Shown: piece by piece, positions 40,492 to 57,137 of the stretch | Layout of the letters: each line of letters opens with the position of its first letter | Position numbering within the stretch: position 1 is the stretch's first letter | Source of the DNA: an uncultured delta proteobacterium | GTDB lineage: Bacteria > Myxococcota_A > Polyangia > Polyangiales > B10-G4 | Direction: 5' to 3' | Assembly (NCBI GenBank): GCA_963727445.1 | Contig: CAVSGI010000003.1 | Coordinates: forward strand, 32,001-96,000 | DNA length: 64,000 bases | The notes under the pieces: generated by a model | The model's input: only the letters and a program-made list of their open reading frames with translations | Told to the model about the DNA's origin: nothing | Databases searched by the model: none | Program-made: the position numbers and the translations under genes

Positions 40492-41199
40492 ATGTTCACC
40501 TTTCTGTCGATCATCTACGTCCTCGTCTGCCTCTTCTTGATCACCGTCGTGCTCCTGCAGTCCGGCAAGGGCGGGGGAATGGGCGCGCTGGGCGGCGGTG
40601 GCGGCGGCAGCCAGACCGTCTTCGGCGGCGCTGGCGCGGGGAACTTCCTCACCCGCCTCACGGCGATCATGGCGGCCTGCTTCATGATCCTCTCCGCCGC
40701 CCTCGCCTATCTGTCGACGAGCGGCGAGCAGAGCCTCGAGCGCGCGGCGCAGGAAGAGTCTCAGGAGACGGTGAGCGGCGACGGCGCGAGCGACGACGAG
40801 GCCACGACCGACGACGAGGCCACGACCGACGACGAGGCCACGACCGACGACGAAGCGGCTCTCGATGAAGAGACGGAAGACGCGATCCTCGAGACCGAGG
40901 AGATCCTGGGCGAAGAGGGAGAGACCGCGGAAGAGGCGGCCGAGCAAATCGAAGAAGAGGCGCCCGCAGTGACCACGATGGCGGCTGCGCCCGCGCCGAC
41001 GATGGCGGCTGCACCCGCGCCCACCATGACGACGACGATGACGGCTGCGCCCGCGCCGGCCGCGATGACGACGGCGATGGTGGCGGCACCGGCACCGACA
41101 CCGGCGATGGCCGCACCTGCAGCGACCGCGCCTGCCCCGACGCCGATGATGGCAGCCGCGCCCGCGGCGCCTGCCGAAGGCGCCGCCGACACGGAGTGA
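40492..41199 (+). CDS. secG: Preprotein translocase subunit SecG with a long acidic and Ala/Pro/Thr/Met-rich C-terminal tail
   Basis: VLLQSGKGGGMG..GGGSQTVFGGAGAGNFLTRLT between two TM helices; usual position after tpiA. Confidence 0.93.
   Translation: MFTFLSIIYVLVCLFLITVVLLQSGKGGGMGALGGGGGGSQTVFGGAGAGNFLTRLTAIMAACFMILSAALAYLSTSGEQSLERAAQEESQETVSGDGASDDEATTDDEATTDDEATTDDEAALDEETEDAILETEEILGEEGETAEEAAEQIEEEAPAVTTMAAAPAPTMAAAPAPTMTTTMTAAPAPAAMTTAMVAAPAPTPAMAAPAATAPAPTPMMAAAPAAPAEGAADTE
40791..40853. repeat. Coding 18-bp tandem repeat (DDEATT x3 plus a partial copy) in the SecG tail
   Basis: CGACGACGAGGCCACGAC at 40791, 40809, 40827. Confidence 0.9.
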
Positions 41200-41308
41200 G
41201 CTGAGGGTTTGCGGGGGGGTACCTGAAGCTACCTCGAGGCCGGCGCCGAGGAGGCAAGCCGCGGGCCCGCGTGCCTGAGCGCCAACGTCACGCTAGCTCA
41301 CCGCCAAA

Positions 41309-43822
41309 TCAAGGCCCGGTCCAGTCGGCCTGGTCCGACGTAAAGTTCAGGAAGAACCAGAACCCGTTCACCGCAGGGCCGCCGCCCGAGGGGGTGTACA
41401 TGACGGTGTCGTCGTTGCTGCTGCAGCTCGAGCCGCTCGCGCCGCCATCGGCGAGGTGCTGGTAGAGCGAGTCGCCGGCCAGGGCCCCGCTGGGGATTAT
41501 TGCCGCCATCGCATCCGCCACCGTCAAGAACCCGGTGATGACGCCGCTGACGAGTTGGGTCGGCGGGGAGCCACCGGAGTAGGTCGCCGTGACCTGCGCG
41601 TCGATCAGCGGGATCGCCGTTCCGCTCACGGTCACGCTGAGGTCCTGGACGTCCGTCACGAAGCACGGACCCGATGAGGTGTTCGGCGCCAGGTAGTTGT
41701 ACCGCGACGGGTCGGGTGTGAAGCAGGTCATCCCTGCGGGGAGGTTCGTGCCGGTGTAAGGGAAGACGGTTCCCATGCCCACCTGGCAGACATCGGGATC
41801 ACCTGACGACGCACCCGCCATGCACTCCCCGTCCACCAAGTCGATGGGGTTCGTCATCATTGCTAGGTCCAGCGGCCGGTGCACCGTGATGTAGTTGAGC
41901 GTGTAATCGTCGACGCTGTTCTGCAGCGTGGTGTTCACCGGCTCGGCGAGACTGAGGGGGACGAAATCGGTCACGTCTCGGCATCCGAAGATGGGCAGAG
42001 AGGCGTAGATGTGCGGGTGCATGAAATCCAGCGTCTGCACCCGGAAGGCCGTCGGCCCCGTTCCCGTCACCGTGCAGTCCGGCTCGCAGCCGTCACCGGC
42101 CGTGAGGTTGCCGTCGTCGCAGGCCTCGGGCGGTGTCGCACCGGTGTCGAGGTAGCCGTCGCCGCAACGGGACTGGGCGCAGCTGGCCATGAGGCAGATA
42201 TCCCGGGTCATCATGCCCCGGTCGCACATCGTGCCATCCGCCGCCGCAGTTCCCGAAGCGCAGGTGTGTGCCGTGGTGTTGCAGGTCTCGGTGCCGTTGC
42301 AGGTGTTGCCGTCCGCGCAATCGCCGTCGGCGGTGCAGCTGAAGGTGCAGTCGTTGTCGCAGCCGTCACCGTTCGTCGAGTTGCCGTCGTCGCAGTCCTC
42401 TGTGCCGCCCATCGTGTCGTCCACGAAGGTGTCGCCGCAGCTGCTGGCCACGCAGGTCATCGAAAGGCAGATGTCGCGGGTGCTCGTCATTCCGTCGCGA
42501 TCGCAGACCGTTCCGTCGCTCGCCGAGCTGCCACCGGCGCAGACGTGGGTGGTGGTGTTGCAGCTCTCCACGCCGTTACAGAGGTCCCCGTCGTCACAAT
42601 CGGCGGCCGCGGTGCAGCTGTAGGTGCAATCGTTGTCGCACCCGTCGCCGTTCGTCGAGTTGCCGTCGTCGCAGTCCTCGCCGGTCTCCACAATCGTGTT
42701 GCCGCACGATGGCGCCACACAGGACCCGCCCCGGCAGACGTTGCCGCCACCGCAGGAGGTCCCGTCGGCCAGGTCCGCGGGGTTGGTGCAGACGTGGGTG
42801 CTGGTGTTGCAGGTCTCGGCGCCGTTGCACGCCATCCCGTCATCGCAGTCCGAGGTCATGGTGCAGCTGTAGGTGCAGTCGTTGTCGCACCCATCGCCGT
42901 TCATCGAGTTGCCGTCGTCACAGGTCTCCGAGCCCTCGACGATGCTGTTCCCGCACACGGGCATGGCGCAGACGCCCGCCCGGCAGACCATGCCGCTGCC
43001 GCAGGAGGTTCCGTTCGAGGCCATCGTCCCCGCCGTGCAGGTGTGGGCCGTCGTGTCGCAGGTCTCCGTGCCGTTGCAGACCATCCCATCGTCACAGTCG
43101 CTGTCCATGGCGCAGCTGAAAGTGCAATCGTCTTCGCAGCCGTCGCCGTTCATCGCGTTGCCGTCGTCGCACTCCTCCGTGCCCTCGACGCTGCCGTTTC
43201 CACAACGCTCGATGGCGCAGGTGTCGGAGCACCCATCGCCCGCGGTCGTGTTTCCGTCGTCGCACTCCTCGCCGGGATCGGTGATCGAGTTGCCACAGGT
43301 CTCGTCACTCGTGCAATCGCCAGAGCAACCGTCCCCGCTGTCCGTGTTCCCGTCGTCGCAGACCTCGCCGCCGTTGGCGACTCCGTCACCACACACCGGC
43401 CCGGTCATGCAGTCGGCCGAGCAGCCGTCGCCATCCATGGTGTTGCCGTCGTCGCAGACCTCACCGACGCCCAGGTCCACGATGGAGTTGCCGCAGGTCT
43501 CGTCGCTCATGCAGTCGGCCGAGCAGCCGTCACCGTTCACCGAGTTGCCGTCGTCACACACCTCGCCGATGGGCGAGTCGACGTAGCCGTTTCCACACCG
43601 CTCGAAGCTCATGCAGTTGGCCGAGCAACCATCTCCGTCGACGTTGTTCCCGTCGTCGCACAGCTCGTCGCCCAGGATCTCCTCGTCCCCACAGTAGCCG
43701 AGCCCACCCTCGCCCGCGTCCGCGTCGCCTCCCCCGCCGTCGCCGGGGCTCCCATCGTCGCCACAGGCGGCGAGGAGTAGAGAGAGAACGAGGAGAAGGA
43801 AGAAGGCATGCTGACGAGTCAT
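41309..43822 (-). CDS. Lipoprotein with many Myxococcus Cys-rich repeats (DUF4215-like) and a C-terminal beta-rich domain
   Basis: Lipobox LAAC; repeated CG(N/D)....GE.CDDGN...GDGC...C units. Confidence 0.9.
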   Translation of the reverse strand: MTRQHAFFLLLVLSLLLAACGDDGSPGDGGGGDADAGEGGLGYCGDEEILGDELCDDGNNVDGDGCSANCMSFERCGNGYVDSPIGEVCDDGNSVNGDGCSADCMSDETCGNSIVDLGVGEVCDDGNTMDGDGCSADCMTGPVCGDGVANGGEVCDDGNTDSGDGCSGDCTSDETCGNSITDPGEECDDGNTTAGDGCSDTCAIERCGNGSVEGTEECDDGNAMNGDGCEDDCTFSCAMDSDCDDGMVCNGTETCDTTAHTCTAGTMASNGTSCGSGMVCRAGVCAMPVCGNSIVEGSETCDDGNSMNGDGCDNDCTYSCTMTSDCDDGMACNGAETCNTSTHVCTNPADLADGTSCGGGNVCRGGSCVAPSCGNTIVETGEDCDDGNSTNGDGCDNDCTYSCTAAADCDDGDLCNGVESCNTTTHVCAGGSSASDGTVCDRDGMTSTRDICLSMTCVASSCGDTFVDDTMGGTEDCDDGNSTNGDGCDNDCTFSCTADGDCADGNTCNGTETCNTTAHTCASGTAAADGTMCDRGMMTRDICLMASCAQSRCGDGYLDTGATPPEACDDGNLTAGDGCEPDCTVTGTGPTAFRVQTLDFMHPHIYASLPIFGCRDVTDFVPLSLAEPVNTTLQNSVDDYTLNYITVHRPLDLAMMTNPIDLVDGECMAGASSGDPDVCQVGMGTVFPYTGTNLPAGMTCFTPDPSRYNYLAPNTSSGPCFVTDVQDLSVTVSGTAIPLIDAQVTATYSGGSPPTQLVSGVITGFLTVADAMAAIIPSGALAGDSLYQHLADGGASGSSCSSNDDTVMYTPSGGGPAVNGFWFFLNFTSDQADWTGP

Positions 43823-43873
43823 CCGCCCATCGTACCAAAGTCGCCCGGGCGGAGAACGGTGCAGGTGTAGGGG

Positions 43874-44957
43874 CTAGTCGCACCCGCTGACGCGGGCGGG
43901 TGCGGTCGCCAGCCCTGCCCACTGAGCCCGCACGCCGGTGAAGCCCAGGCCCGTGCTGAGCGCCTCGCACGTCGTCCCCTCCCCTCCGCTTCCTCGGACC
44001 GCGCGCACGTCGGCCCGGATCTCGACGGCGCGAATCATCCGGTCGTAGTTGTCCGTCCCGTCGCAGAATCCCGAGGGTCGGCAGCGTCATGATGAAGTCG
44101 TTTGCGGGCCAGCGCCCCGCGAGGATCACGTTCGACAGCCCGTCCTCGGAGATCTCCGCGGTGAGAACCGCGTCCACCAGGCGGACCTCGAGGGACTTGT
44201 CGTCGGCGGTGAGGAAGAGCGACGAGCGGTCGGGAGGGGTCATCACCAACAGCCCGTCCGTGACGTAGGCGCCGTCGTCGTTGATCAGCGGCTGCTCCTC
44301 GTCATCCGTGACGAAGGCCTCGGTATCCGCCCAGAAGTAATCCATGCCGTCCCAGGCCGGCGGGGGCGGGAGCAATCCGTCGGCCGGCAGCGTCGGCACG
44401 CCGCCCATACCATCAGGCGGGGTCCCGAAGGCGCCCGGGGCGAGCGCGACCTCGACCTGGGTGTCGTTGGGCGTCCCGTTCCAGCCGCGCAACCGCACCA
44501 GGATGACGCCGAGCCCGAGCTCCTGATGCGCTTGGAAGGGCTCCTCCAGTTGCAGGGCGCCGACGATGGTCGCTTGGTACGCAATCTCGTGCCCGAAGGC
44601 GTTGTCAATCCCCCGCTCCCCGTCCTCTTCAATCCCGTCGTCTGGTGTCGGCGGCGTGCACTCGCTCACGAAGTCGGGAGCCTCGGTGCAGAGGCCGTCG
44701 AGGTCCCAGCCGATGCCCCGCCAGCCCGTTCCCTGTTCGATGTCCACCTCCTTGAGTACGTAGACACGTTCGGGCCCATCGCCCTCCCCCATCGCGGGGG
44801 GCGAGGGGGGGTCTTCGGGCGTGCAGGGCATGGCCGCGTCGAGCCCGTCCAGGAGCGTCTCGTCGAACGCCTTGCACCCAGCCACTGCCGCGAAGAGGAG
44901 CAGCACGAGGGCCAGCGTGAGGCTCCCCTCAGCGATACGGATTGGACAGGATCCCAT
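43874..44957 (-). CDS. Lipoprotein of unknown function; frameshift near 44065
   Basis: Lipobox VAGC; GWDLDGLCT..GIDNAFG; ends ..ALSTGLGFTGVRAQW..SGCD* at 43874 in the shifted frame. Confidence 0.7.
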
Positions 44958-46479
44958 CCTCGTCGTCGGTCATTCGCCCGCGGCGCATCCCGCGCGTGTT
45001 GCGTCGCATCGAAGGGGCCGTGAGTTCTTCTTCCTGCTCTTGTGCAGGTGCGGTGGTGGCCATCTCCGTCATGGACGGCTCAGCCATGGCGGTCGCGTCG
45101 GTCTCGCCCGGTGAATTCTCCGCGGCCTCGCTCTGCTCAGTCTCCGTCTCCCCCTCCGCGGTCTCGGCCGCCGTGCCCGCCGCCCCTTCGGTTTCACCCT
45201 CGGCCGGAGGCTCCTCGTCCGCCCCTGGCTCGTCCGCGACCACGTCGCCGGGCGTCTCTGCCTTCGGCCAGAGCGCCGCCGCGAGCCCGCCGGCCGCGCC
45301 AAGCGCGAGGATGACCGCCACCACCAGCCCTATCGGGCGCTTCTTGGCGGGCGTGACGGGTTCGGGCAGATCCTCGATCTTCCCCGACACCGTCGGCGGC
45401 TGACTGGGTACGAGGTCTTCGAGCGCCTGGTGACGTCCGGTCGAATAGGCCTTCGGCGCGTCGCCGTCGAGCCGGTCAATCGCTGCCTGGATCGCTTCCT
45501 GCTCCTTCGTCAGCTTCGTCGCCGCCAGCTCACGAACCAGAGTCGAGACCTCGCGCGTCGTGCCCATGCCCCCAGTGGACACAGCCGCCCGCTCGATCGC
45601 CTCCATCATCTCCGCGCCGGTCTGGAAGCGCTCCTCGAGGGGACGCGCCAGCGCCTTGGCGATCACCGGATCGAAGGGCGCCAGCTCGGGGTAAACACTC
45701 GACGGAGGCGGGATCGGATCCTCGAGGAGCTTCTTCAGGGTGGCGATGTTGGTCTCGGCCTTGAACAGCCGCTGGGTGGTCAGCACCTCCCAGAGCACGA
45801 CGCCCATCGCGAAGAGGTCGGAGCGCTGCTCTGCGTGCGCCTGGCTCGCCGTCTCGGGCGCCGTATAGGCGAGCTTGCCCTTGAACGTGCCCTGACGCGT
45901 CGACGAGAGCCGGTACTCGGCCTTGGCGACGCCGAAGTCGGTGAGGCGCGAGATGCCGTCGACGCCGACGAGGATGTTCTGCGGTGAGACGTCTCGATGG
46001 ACCAGGTTCAGAGGATTGCCGCTGCCGTCCTTGAGCTCGTGCGCCGCGGTGAGACCCGCCAGCGCTTCGAAGACGATGCGGAGCGCCGGCCGAAGCGGGA
46101 GCCGGCCACCGGTCTTGTAGGGCTTGCTCAACAGGCCGGCGAGGTGATCACCCTCGACGTAGTCCATGACCAGGTAATGCAGGTCCTCCCACTGCGCGAC
46201 GTCGAGCGTGGCGACGACGTTCGGGTGGCGAATGCGCGCCGCGAGGCGGGCCTCGTCGAGGAGCATCGAGATGAACTCCTCCTCGTCGGCGAGATGCGGA
46301 TGGAGCACCTTGATGGCGACCAGCCGCTCGAAGCCGCCCATGCCGACCGCGCGGGCGACGTACACGGCGCCCATGCCGCCGGCCGCCAGCCGATGCAGGA
46401 CGTGGTAGCGGTCGACCTGATGGCCGACGAGCCAGTCGTTGTTCGTCTTGGCGCTCTTGCGCGCGGGGTCGTTCGCCAT
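44929..46479 (-). CDS. Membrane-anchored Hanks-type Ser/Thr kinase
   Basis: [45 protein letters not shown] helix; ILSNPYR C-terminus. Confidence 0.95.
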   Translation of the reverse strand: MANDPARKSAKTNNDWLVGHQVDRYHVLHRLAAGGMGAVYVARAVGMGGFERLVAIKVLHPHLADEEEFISMLLDEARLAARIRHPNVVATLDVAQWEDLHYLVMDYVEGDHLAGLLSKPYKTGGRLPLRPALRIVFEALAGLTAAHELKDGSGNPLNLVHRDVSPQNILVGVDGISRLTDFGVAKAEYRLSSTRQGTFKGKLAYTAPETASQAHAEQRSDLFAMGVVLWEVLTTQRLFKAETNIATLKKLLEDPIPPPSSVYPELAPFDPVIAKALARPLEERFQTGAEMMEAIERAAVSTGGMGTTREVSTLVRELAATKLTKEQEAIQAAIDRLDGDAPKAYSTGRHQALEDLVPSQPPTVSGKIEDLPEPVTPAKKRPIGLVVAVILALGAAGGLAAALWPKAETPGDVVADEPGADEEPPAEGETEGAAGTAAETAEGETETEQSEAAENSPGETDATAMAEPSMTEMATTAPAQEQEEELTAPSMRRNTRGMRRGRMTDDEDGILSNPYR

Positions 46480-47465
46480 CAGAAGCGCCCCCCCGCGCCG
46501 ACCATGGCGCCACCCTGGGGCAACGGCGAGACGTTGAGCCAGTCGACGCGCGCGCTCGCGTCGTCTTCCTCTTCGTCGGGCCCGCCAGACCAGTTGGTGA
46601 AGATGAGCAGGACCAGGCTGATCGCCCCGATCCCGCCCGTCACGACGTCGAGGATCGTCGTCCGGAGCTCCAGGTCGCGGCCGTTGTCGAGCTTGGCCTG
46701 AGTGGGGTTTGCCTCGTAGTCCGAGGCTGCGTCGAGGGTGTCCACCCACGACCAGATGGCGAGGCCCCCGGCGACCGCCGTCAGGCCGAGGCCCGTCAGG
46801 AAGAACGCGGGCGAGATGCCGCCGCCCCCCTCGTCACGAGCCGGGGGTGGCGGTCGGGTGTTGGTCTCGGTGTTGACGCTGGCCACGGGTGTCTGGACCG
46901 GCTCGGGCTCGGGCTCGGGCGCGGTGAGCTCGAGCTCCCGGCTCTCGCCCGCAGCTCCGCTGACGCGCTCCTCCACCCGGCCGGTGTCGAAGTCGGCAAC
47001 AATCGTGTGCTCGACGTCGGGGGTCAGGTAGAGCACCCGGAAGATCTCGCGCTCGCCGTCGACCTCCAGCTCGCCGCATGCCTCGCAGCTGATCGTCAGC
47101 TCGAACCCTTCTTCGTGCGCTCGTTCGAGGGGACGCTGAAATCGAGCGATGCGGTCCTCGCCGTACTCCTGTGCGACGAACGCGACCAGAGTCGCTGCGC
47201 GGAGGAAGTTCCCCGCGCGTTGATGAGCGCGGACGGCTTGAAGCGCGGCGGCGGCTGCGGGTGCGAGCTCGTTCGCCGTCTCGTACCAGCGCGCGGCCTG
47301 CGCGTAGTCGCCACCTCGGTAGGCGCGCGTTCCCCGGTCGTAAGCGGCCTCGGCTGCCGCCTGTCTCTCGGCGGGCGAGAGGTCGGGTTGAGCCCATGCA
47401 GAAGGCACCACGGCCAGCCCCGAGAGGAGCAAGGAAAACAGCGGCGCGAGATGCACGAGGCGCAT
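46479..47465 (-). CDS. Exported TPR protein with C-terminal membrane segments (myxobacterial kinase-associated type)
   Basis: Signal peptide (..SAWA); AYDRGTRAYRGGDYAQAARWYETANEL TPR; hydrophobic helices; ends GAGGRF; stop overlaps the kinase start. Confidence 0.75.
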   Translation of the reverse strand: MRLVHLAPLFSLLLSGLAVVPSAWAQPDLSPAERQAAAEAAYDRGTRAYRGGDYAQAARWYETANELAPAAAAALQAVRAHQRAGNFLRAATLVAFVAQEYGEDRIARFQRPLERAHEEGFELTISCEACGELEVDGEREIFRVLYLTPDVEHTIVADFDTGRVEERVSGAAGESRELELTAPEPEPEPVQTPVASVNTETNTRPPPPARDEGGGGISPAFFLTGLGLTAVAGGLAIWSWVDTLDAASDYEANPTQAKLDNGRDLELRTTILDVVTGGIGAISLVLLIFTNWSGGPDEEEDDASARVDWLNVSPLPQGGAMVGAGGRF

Positions 47466-47637
47466 GGGTATAGAGGGACCCTCGAGGCCCGCTAGGAGCT
47501 TGGCACTACTGACGAAATTTACACTGTTTCCGGCGGCGGTTGGAAGGGTGAGCTTTAAGCCTACATTCCCCTTCCATCCCCCCTGTGGTGGCCTCGTCCC
47601 CCCACGGGCCAATTGCAGGGTTTGAAGAGGGTGGACC

Positions 47638-51626
<3,989 letters not shown>

Positions 51627-51776
51627 GACCACGTCGAAATCCCGTTGTTTTTACGGGAGATTTCGCCGGGGAAATATAGACCTGAGATGGGCGCTTTGGA
51701 AGGCGAAGCGGGAGTCTTCGGCGAGAAGGCGACGGGGCGACGACAGGTGGCCCGAACGCGGATTGGCGAACTCATC

Positions 51777-53665
51777 TCAAGCGTCTGCGGGCGGGTGCTC
51801 CCTTTCCCCACCTTCGTCTACCTGTGTCTCGAAGCTCAAACGGTGAAGGCGGGCATAAATCCCGTTCGCAGCGAGGAGCTCCTCGTGGGTTCCCTGTTCG
51901 GCGATACGTCCGTGATGAAAGACGAGGATGCGATCGGCGTGGCGGATGGTGGAGAGCCGGTGGGCGATGACCAACGAAGTCCGCCCCTCCACCAGCTCGA
52001 GGACCGCCTTCTGAAGCCGCGCCTCGGTCTCGCTGTCGATGTTGGCGGTGGCCTCGTCGAGGATCAGCAGCTGGGGATCGCGATAGAGCGCGCGGGCGAA
52101 GGCGATGAGCTGCCGCTCCCCTGCACTGAAGTTCTGCCCGCGTTCGTCGACGCGGGCCTCGAGGCCCCCCTCGCGGTTTTCGAGAAGACTCCAGGCGCCC
52201 ACGCGCTCGAGCGCCTCTCTGGCGCGTTCGCGGTCCACGTCGCGGCCCAGGGTCACGTTCGAGAGCACGGTGCCGGCGAAGAGGAAGACGTCCTGCGGGA
52301 CCATCGCGAAACGTGACCTCAGGTCGTGCCGGTCCAGGGCGCGCACGTCCTCGCCGCTCCACCAGGACGTGGCCCTGGTCGTAGTCGTAGAGTCGGAGCA
52401 GGAGCGCCGTGGTGGTGGTCTTGCCGGAGCCCGTCGCGCCGACGATCGCGACCGTCTCCCCGCGTCGCGACCTGGAAGATCACGTCGTGCAGCACCGGGT
52501 GCCCCTCGCGATAGGCGAAGGTCACGTCATCGAAGGCGACCACCACGTCCTCGTCGGCACGAGGCGCCTCGCCCAGCGAGCCTCGAACGCGGCGGCGCGT
52601 CAGGCTCGTCGGTGTCGAGGAGCGTCGAAGATGCGCTCGGCCGACGCCAGCGACTGCTGGATGATGGTGTACTTGGTCGACAGGTCGCGGATCGGGACGA
52701 AGAAGCGCTGGATGTATTCGTAGAACGCGACCACCGTGCCGATGTAGGCCGCCGAGACCGCTGGGTCGGCCAGCTCGGCGCGCGTGGCGGCGTACCAGAG
52801 GACGAGGCCACTGACGCCGTCGCCACCGACATCGACCACCGAGAAGAGGAGCGCGTCGTAGCGGATGAGCGGTCAGGTTCGCGTCGCGGTAGCCCGCGTT
52901 GATCCACTCGGTACTCCGCGTGACAGCGCGCCTCTCGGCCGAAGGCCTGGAGCACCGCGACGCCGTTGACCTGCTCGGCCAGATACGCGTTGAGCTGCGC
53001 GATGCGGGCGCGGATCTTGCGGAAGGCGTCGCGCGCGTAGCGGCGAAAGAAGCCGATCACCAAGCAGCCAGCGGCGGCAGCGGCCGCGAACGCGACGAGC
53101 GTCAGCTCGCCAGTCGAGGTAGAGCATGAAGCCGACGATGCCGACGAGCATCAGCACGTCGGCGACCGCCATGACCGCGCCCGAGGCGAAGAACTCGCCG
53201 AGCGCGTCGACGTCGTTGGTGACGCGGGTGACCACCTTCCCGACCGGCGTGCGATCGAAGTAGCCGATGTGCAGGCGCTGGATCTTGGCGAAGACGTGCG
53301 CCGCGCAGGTCGCGCGAGCGTGCGCTGGCCGGCGAGCTGCATCAGGTAGACCTGCCCGAAGCGCGCGAAGAACTCCGCGACGAGAACGCCGGCGAAAAGA
53401 GCCGACGACTCGTCAGGAGCGCCGAGGTGCTGCGCTCGACGAGCGCGGCGTCGATGGCGAGCTTCACCAGGAGGGCTGAAGAGCGAGGCCACCGAGGTGA
53501 CCGGCATGAGCACCAACGACAAGAGCAGGAGCTTGCGGTGCGGCGCGCGATAGGGCAGCAGGCGCTTCAAGAGCGCCAGGTCGTGCTCCTCGGCGAGCTC
53601 GGCTTCGTCGTGGAAGCCGCTCACCATCAGCCCGCCCTTCGGGGCCTCGCCGCGCTCGCGACGCT

Positions 53666-53669
<4 letters not shown>
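51777..53669 (-). CDS. ABC exporter fused TMD-NBD subunit (MdlB/YheH-like); many frameshifts
   Basis: VTRVTNDVDAL, YIQRFFVPIRDL, VPQDVFLFAGT, NFSAGERQL, LILDEATANID, IAHRLSTI. Confidence 0.9.
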
Positions 53670-55432
<1,763 letters not shown>

Positions 55433-55472
55433 GGGGGTGGGTCATGGGGCCTTGGGGCCCGACCGTCACCCC

Positions 55473-57137
55473 TTACTTCCTACGGCGCATCCAGATCAAC
55501 GCCGGAAGCCCGAGCAGCAGCGCCCAGCCGCCGATCGGCAGGGAACGGCCCTGTCCCGGCACGTCGCAGCCGCAGCCGCCGCGATCGCGGCTGGTGGTGG
55601 TCATCATCGTCGGCGGTACGTAGTCGGCCGGCGGCGCGCAGACGCTCACCCCGCCCGCGTCGTCGCAGGTGAAGCCGTCCGGGCACTCCGAGGCGTCATT
55701 GCAGATGGCGGTGCAGAAGTTGATGTCGCCCCGCTCCGCACACTGCAGGCTCGCGCAGTCCTGATTGCGCTCGCACCACTCGCCCACCATGCCCGCCTGC
55801 TGGCAGACGCCGCAGCTGGGCAGGGGCAGCGTGCTCATGATGCAGGAGAAGCCGTCCGGACAGGCGGCGACGCCGCCCGGGACGCAGGGCGTACCGCAGC
55901 TGCCGCCGACGCAGAAGAGCGAGTCGCAGTCGGTGTCGACGGTGCACGACTCACCGAGACCGGCTGCGCCGGCGTTGCCGGGAATGCAGCGGCCCTCGCC
56001 ACAGGTGCCGAGCGCTTCGCCGTCGCAGTAGTAGCCGGCGGCGCAGCTCGTGGGGTCGAGCCAGTCGCAGGTGTCGGTGCAGATGCTGCTCCCGTCGTCG
56101 ATGCGGACGCAGGTCCCCGAGTTGCACTCGTCGGGGGTGGTGCAGGGATCGCCGAGGTTGCCGAGGTCCACTGGGCGCGGAACGCAGCTGCCCGTCCCGT
56201 CGCAGCGCTCGGTCGCGCTGCAGTCGCTGTTGCTGGTGCACTCCGGTCCGGTCATCGTCATCCCGGCGCAGGTCGGATTGCCCGCCGCGTCGGTGGGCGC
56301 GCACTGCCCGCCGCCAGCGCTGGTGCCGAAGCAGCTGTTCTCGCCGCAGTCGGAGGGGGAGCTGCAAGCGGTCGTGCAATAGGTGGCGCCGTCGGGGAAA
56401 CGCAGGCAGAGATTGCCGGGGCCCCCGCACTCGCTGTTGTCGGAGCAGGGGCTGCAGAGGTCACCGCTGCCCGCCATGCGCTCGCAGGAGCCGGAGACGC
56501 ACTCGTAGCCCGCGCTGCACGGGACGTCCGGGCACGTCGCGCCGGTGCCGGGGTAGAGCGTGCAGATCCCGGTGCGATCGTCCGGGCCGATCATGTCGAT
56601 CCCGCCGTCATAGGAGGGATACATCACCGCCGAGCTCACGCTGGAGTGGCCGAGGCCCATGTAGTGACCGCTCTCGTGCAGGATGATCGAGTAGGCGTTG
56701 ACGTCGAAGCCGCGCCCACTGCCCGGGCCGGTCTGCCAGGTGTAGTCGTCGCCGTTCATCTCCATGTCGGCCTGGCCGATGCAGCGCCCGCTCCACTGGG
56801 GCTGGGTCTGGCCGATGACGCCGTTTCCGTAGCGCCAGCCGCTCTCGACCCACGCCACGACGGAGTTGCCGTCGAAGGAGCGCACGGTGTTGCTGGTGCG
56901 CCCGGTGTAGCTGGTGCGAAGGCCGCTGCAGTCCACGCGCGACCAGTCGTCCATGCCGCGCTGCAGCTCCATCTCGGTGGTGGCGACGCCGAGGTCGTCG
57001 TTGCCCGGGTTGTGAAGGGAGTACACCGCCGGCGAGCACCAGGCGGGCTGGGTGCTGTCGATGGGCGTCCACGCATGCGCGACGCCAGTCGGCGAGACGA
57101 GCGCGGCGAACGCCGCGAGGAGGACGAGGCGCTTCAT
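55473..57137 (-). CDS. Matrixin (M10-like) metalloprotease with Cys-rich repeats and MYXO-CTERM-like sorting tail
   Basis: Signal peptide; HESGHYMGLGHS zinc motif; AVMYP Met-turn; Cys-rich repeats; C-terminal GGCGC...TM...RRRK. Confidence 0.9.
   Translation of the reverse strand: MKRLVLLAAFAALVSPTGVAHAWTPIDSTQPAWCSPAVYSLHNPGNDDLGVATTEMELQRGMDDWSRVDCSGLRTSYTGRTSNTVRSFDGNSVVAWVESGWRYGNGVIGQTQPQWSGRCIGQADMEMNGDDYTWQTGPGSGRGFDVNAYSIILHESGHYMGLGHSSVSSAVMYPSYDGGIDMIGPDDRTGICTLYPGTGATCPDVPCSAGYECVSGSCERMAGSGDLCSPCSDNSECGGPGNLCLRFPDGATYCTTACSSPSDCGENSCFGTSAGGGQCAPTDAAGNPTCAGMTMTGPECTSNSDCSATERCDGTGSCVPRPVDLGNLGDPCTTPDECNSGTCVRIDDGSSICTDTCDWLDPTSCAAGYYCDGEALGTCGEGRCIPGNAGAAGLGESCTVDTDCDSLFCVGGSCGTPCVPGGVAACPDGFSCIMSTLPLPSCGVCQQAGMVGEWCERNQDCASLQCAERGDINFCTAICNDASECPDGFTCDDAGGVSVCAPPADYVPPTMMTTTSRDRGGCGCDVPGQGRSLPIGGWALLLGLPALIWMRRRK

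Noticed and set aside
41200..41308. tRNA-Leu, often found after secG
   Set aside because: No cloverleaf, T-loop (GTTCRA) or D-loop signature visible
51637..51665. Inverted repeat CGAAATC-CCGT...ACGG-GAGATTTCG as an ncRNA or terminator
   Set aside because: Single imperfect hairpin with no U-tract and no second copy; too little evidence
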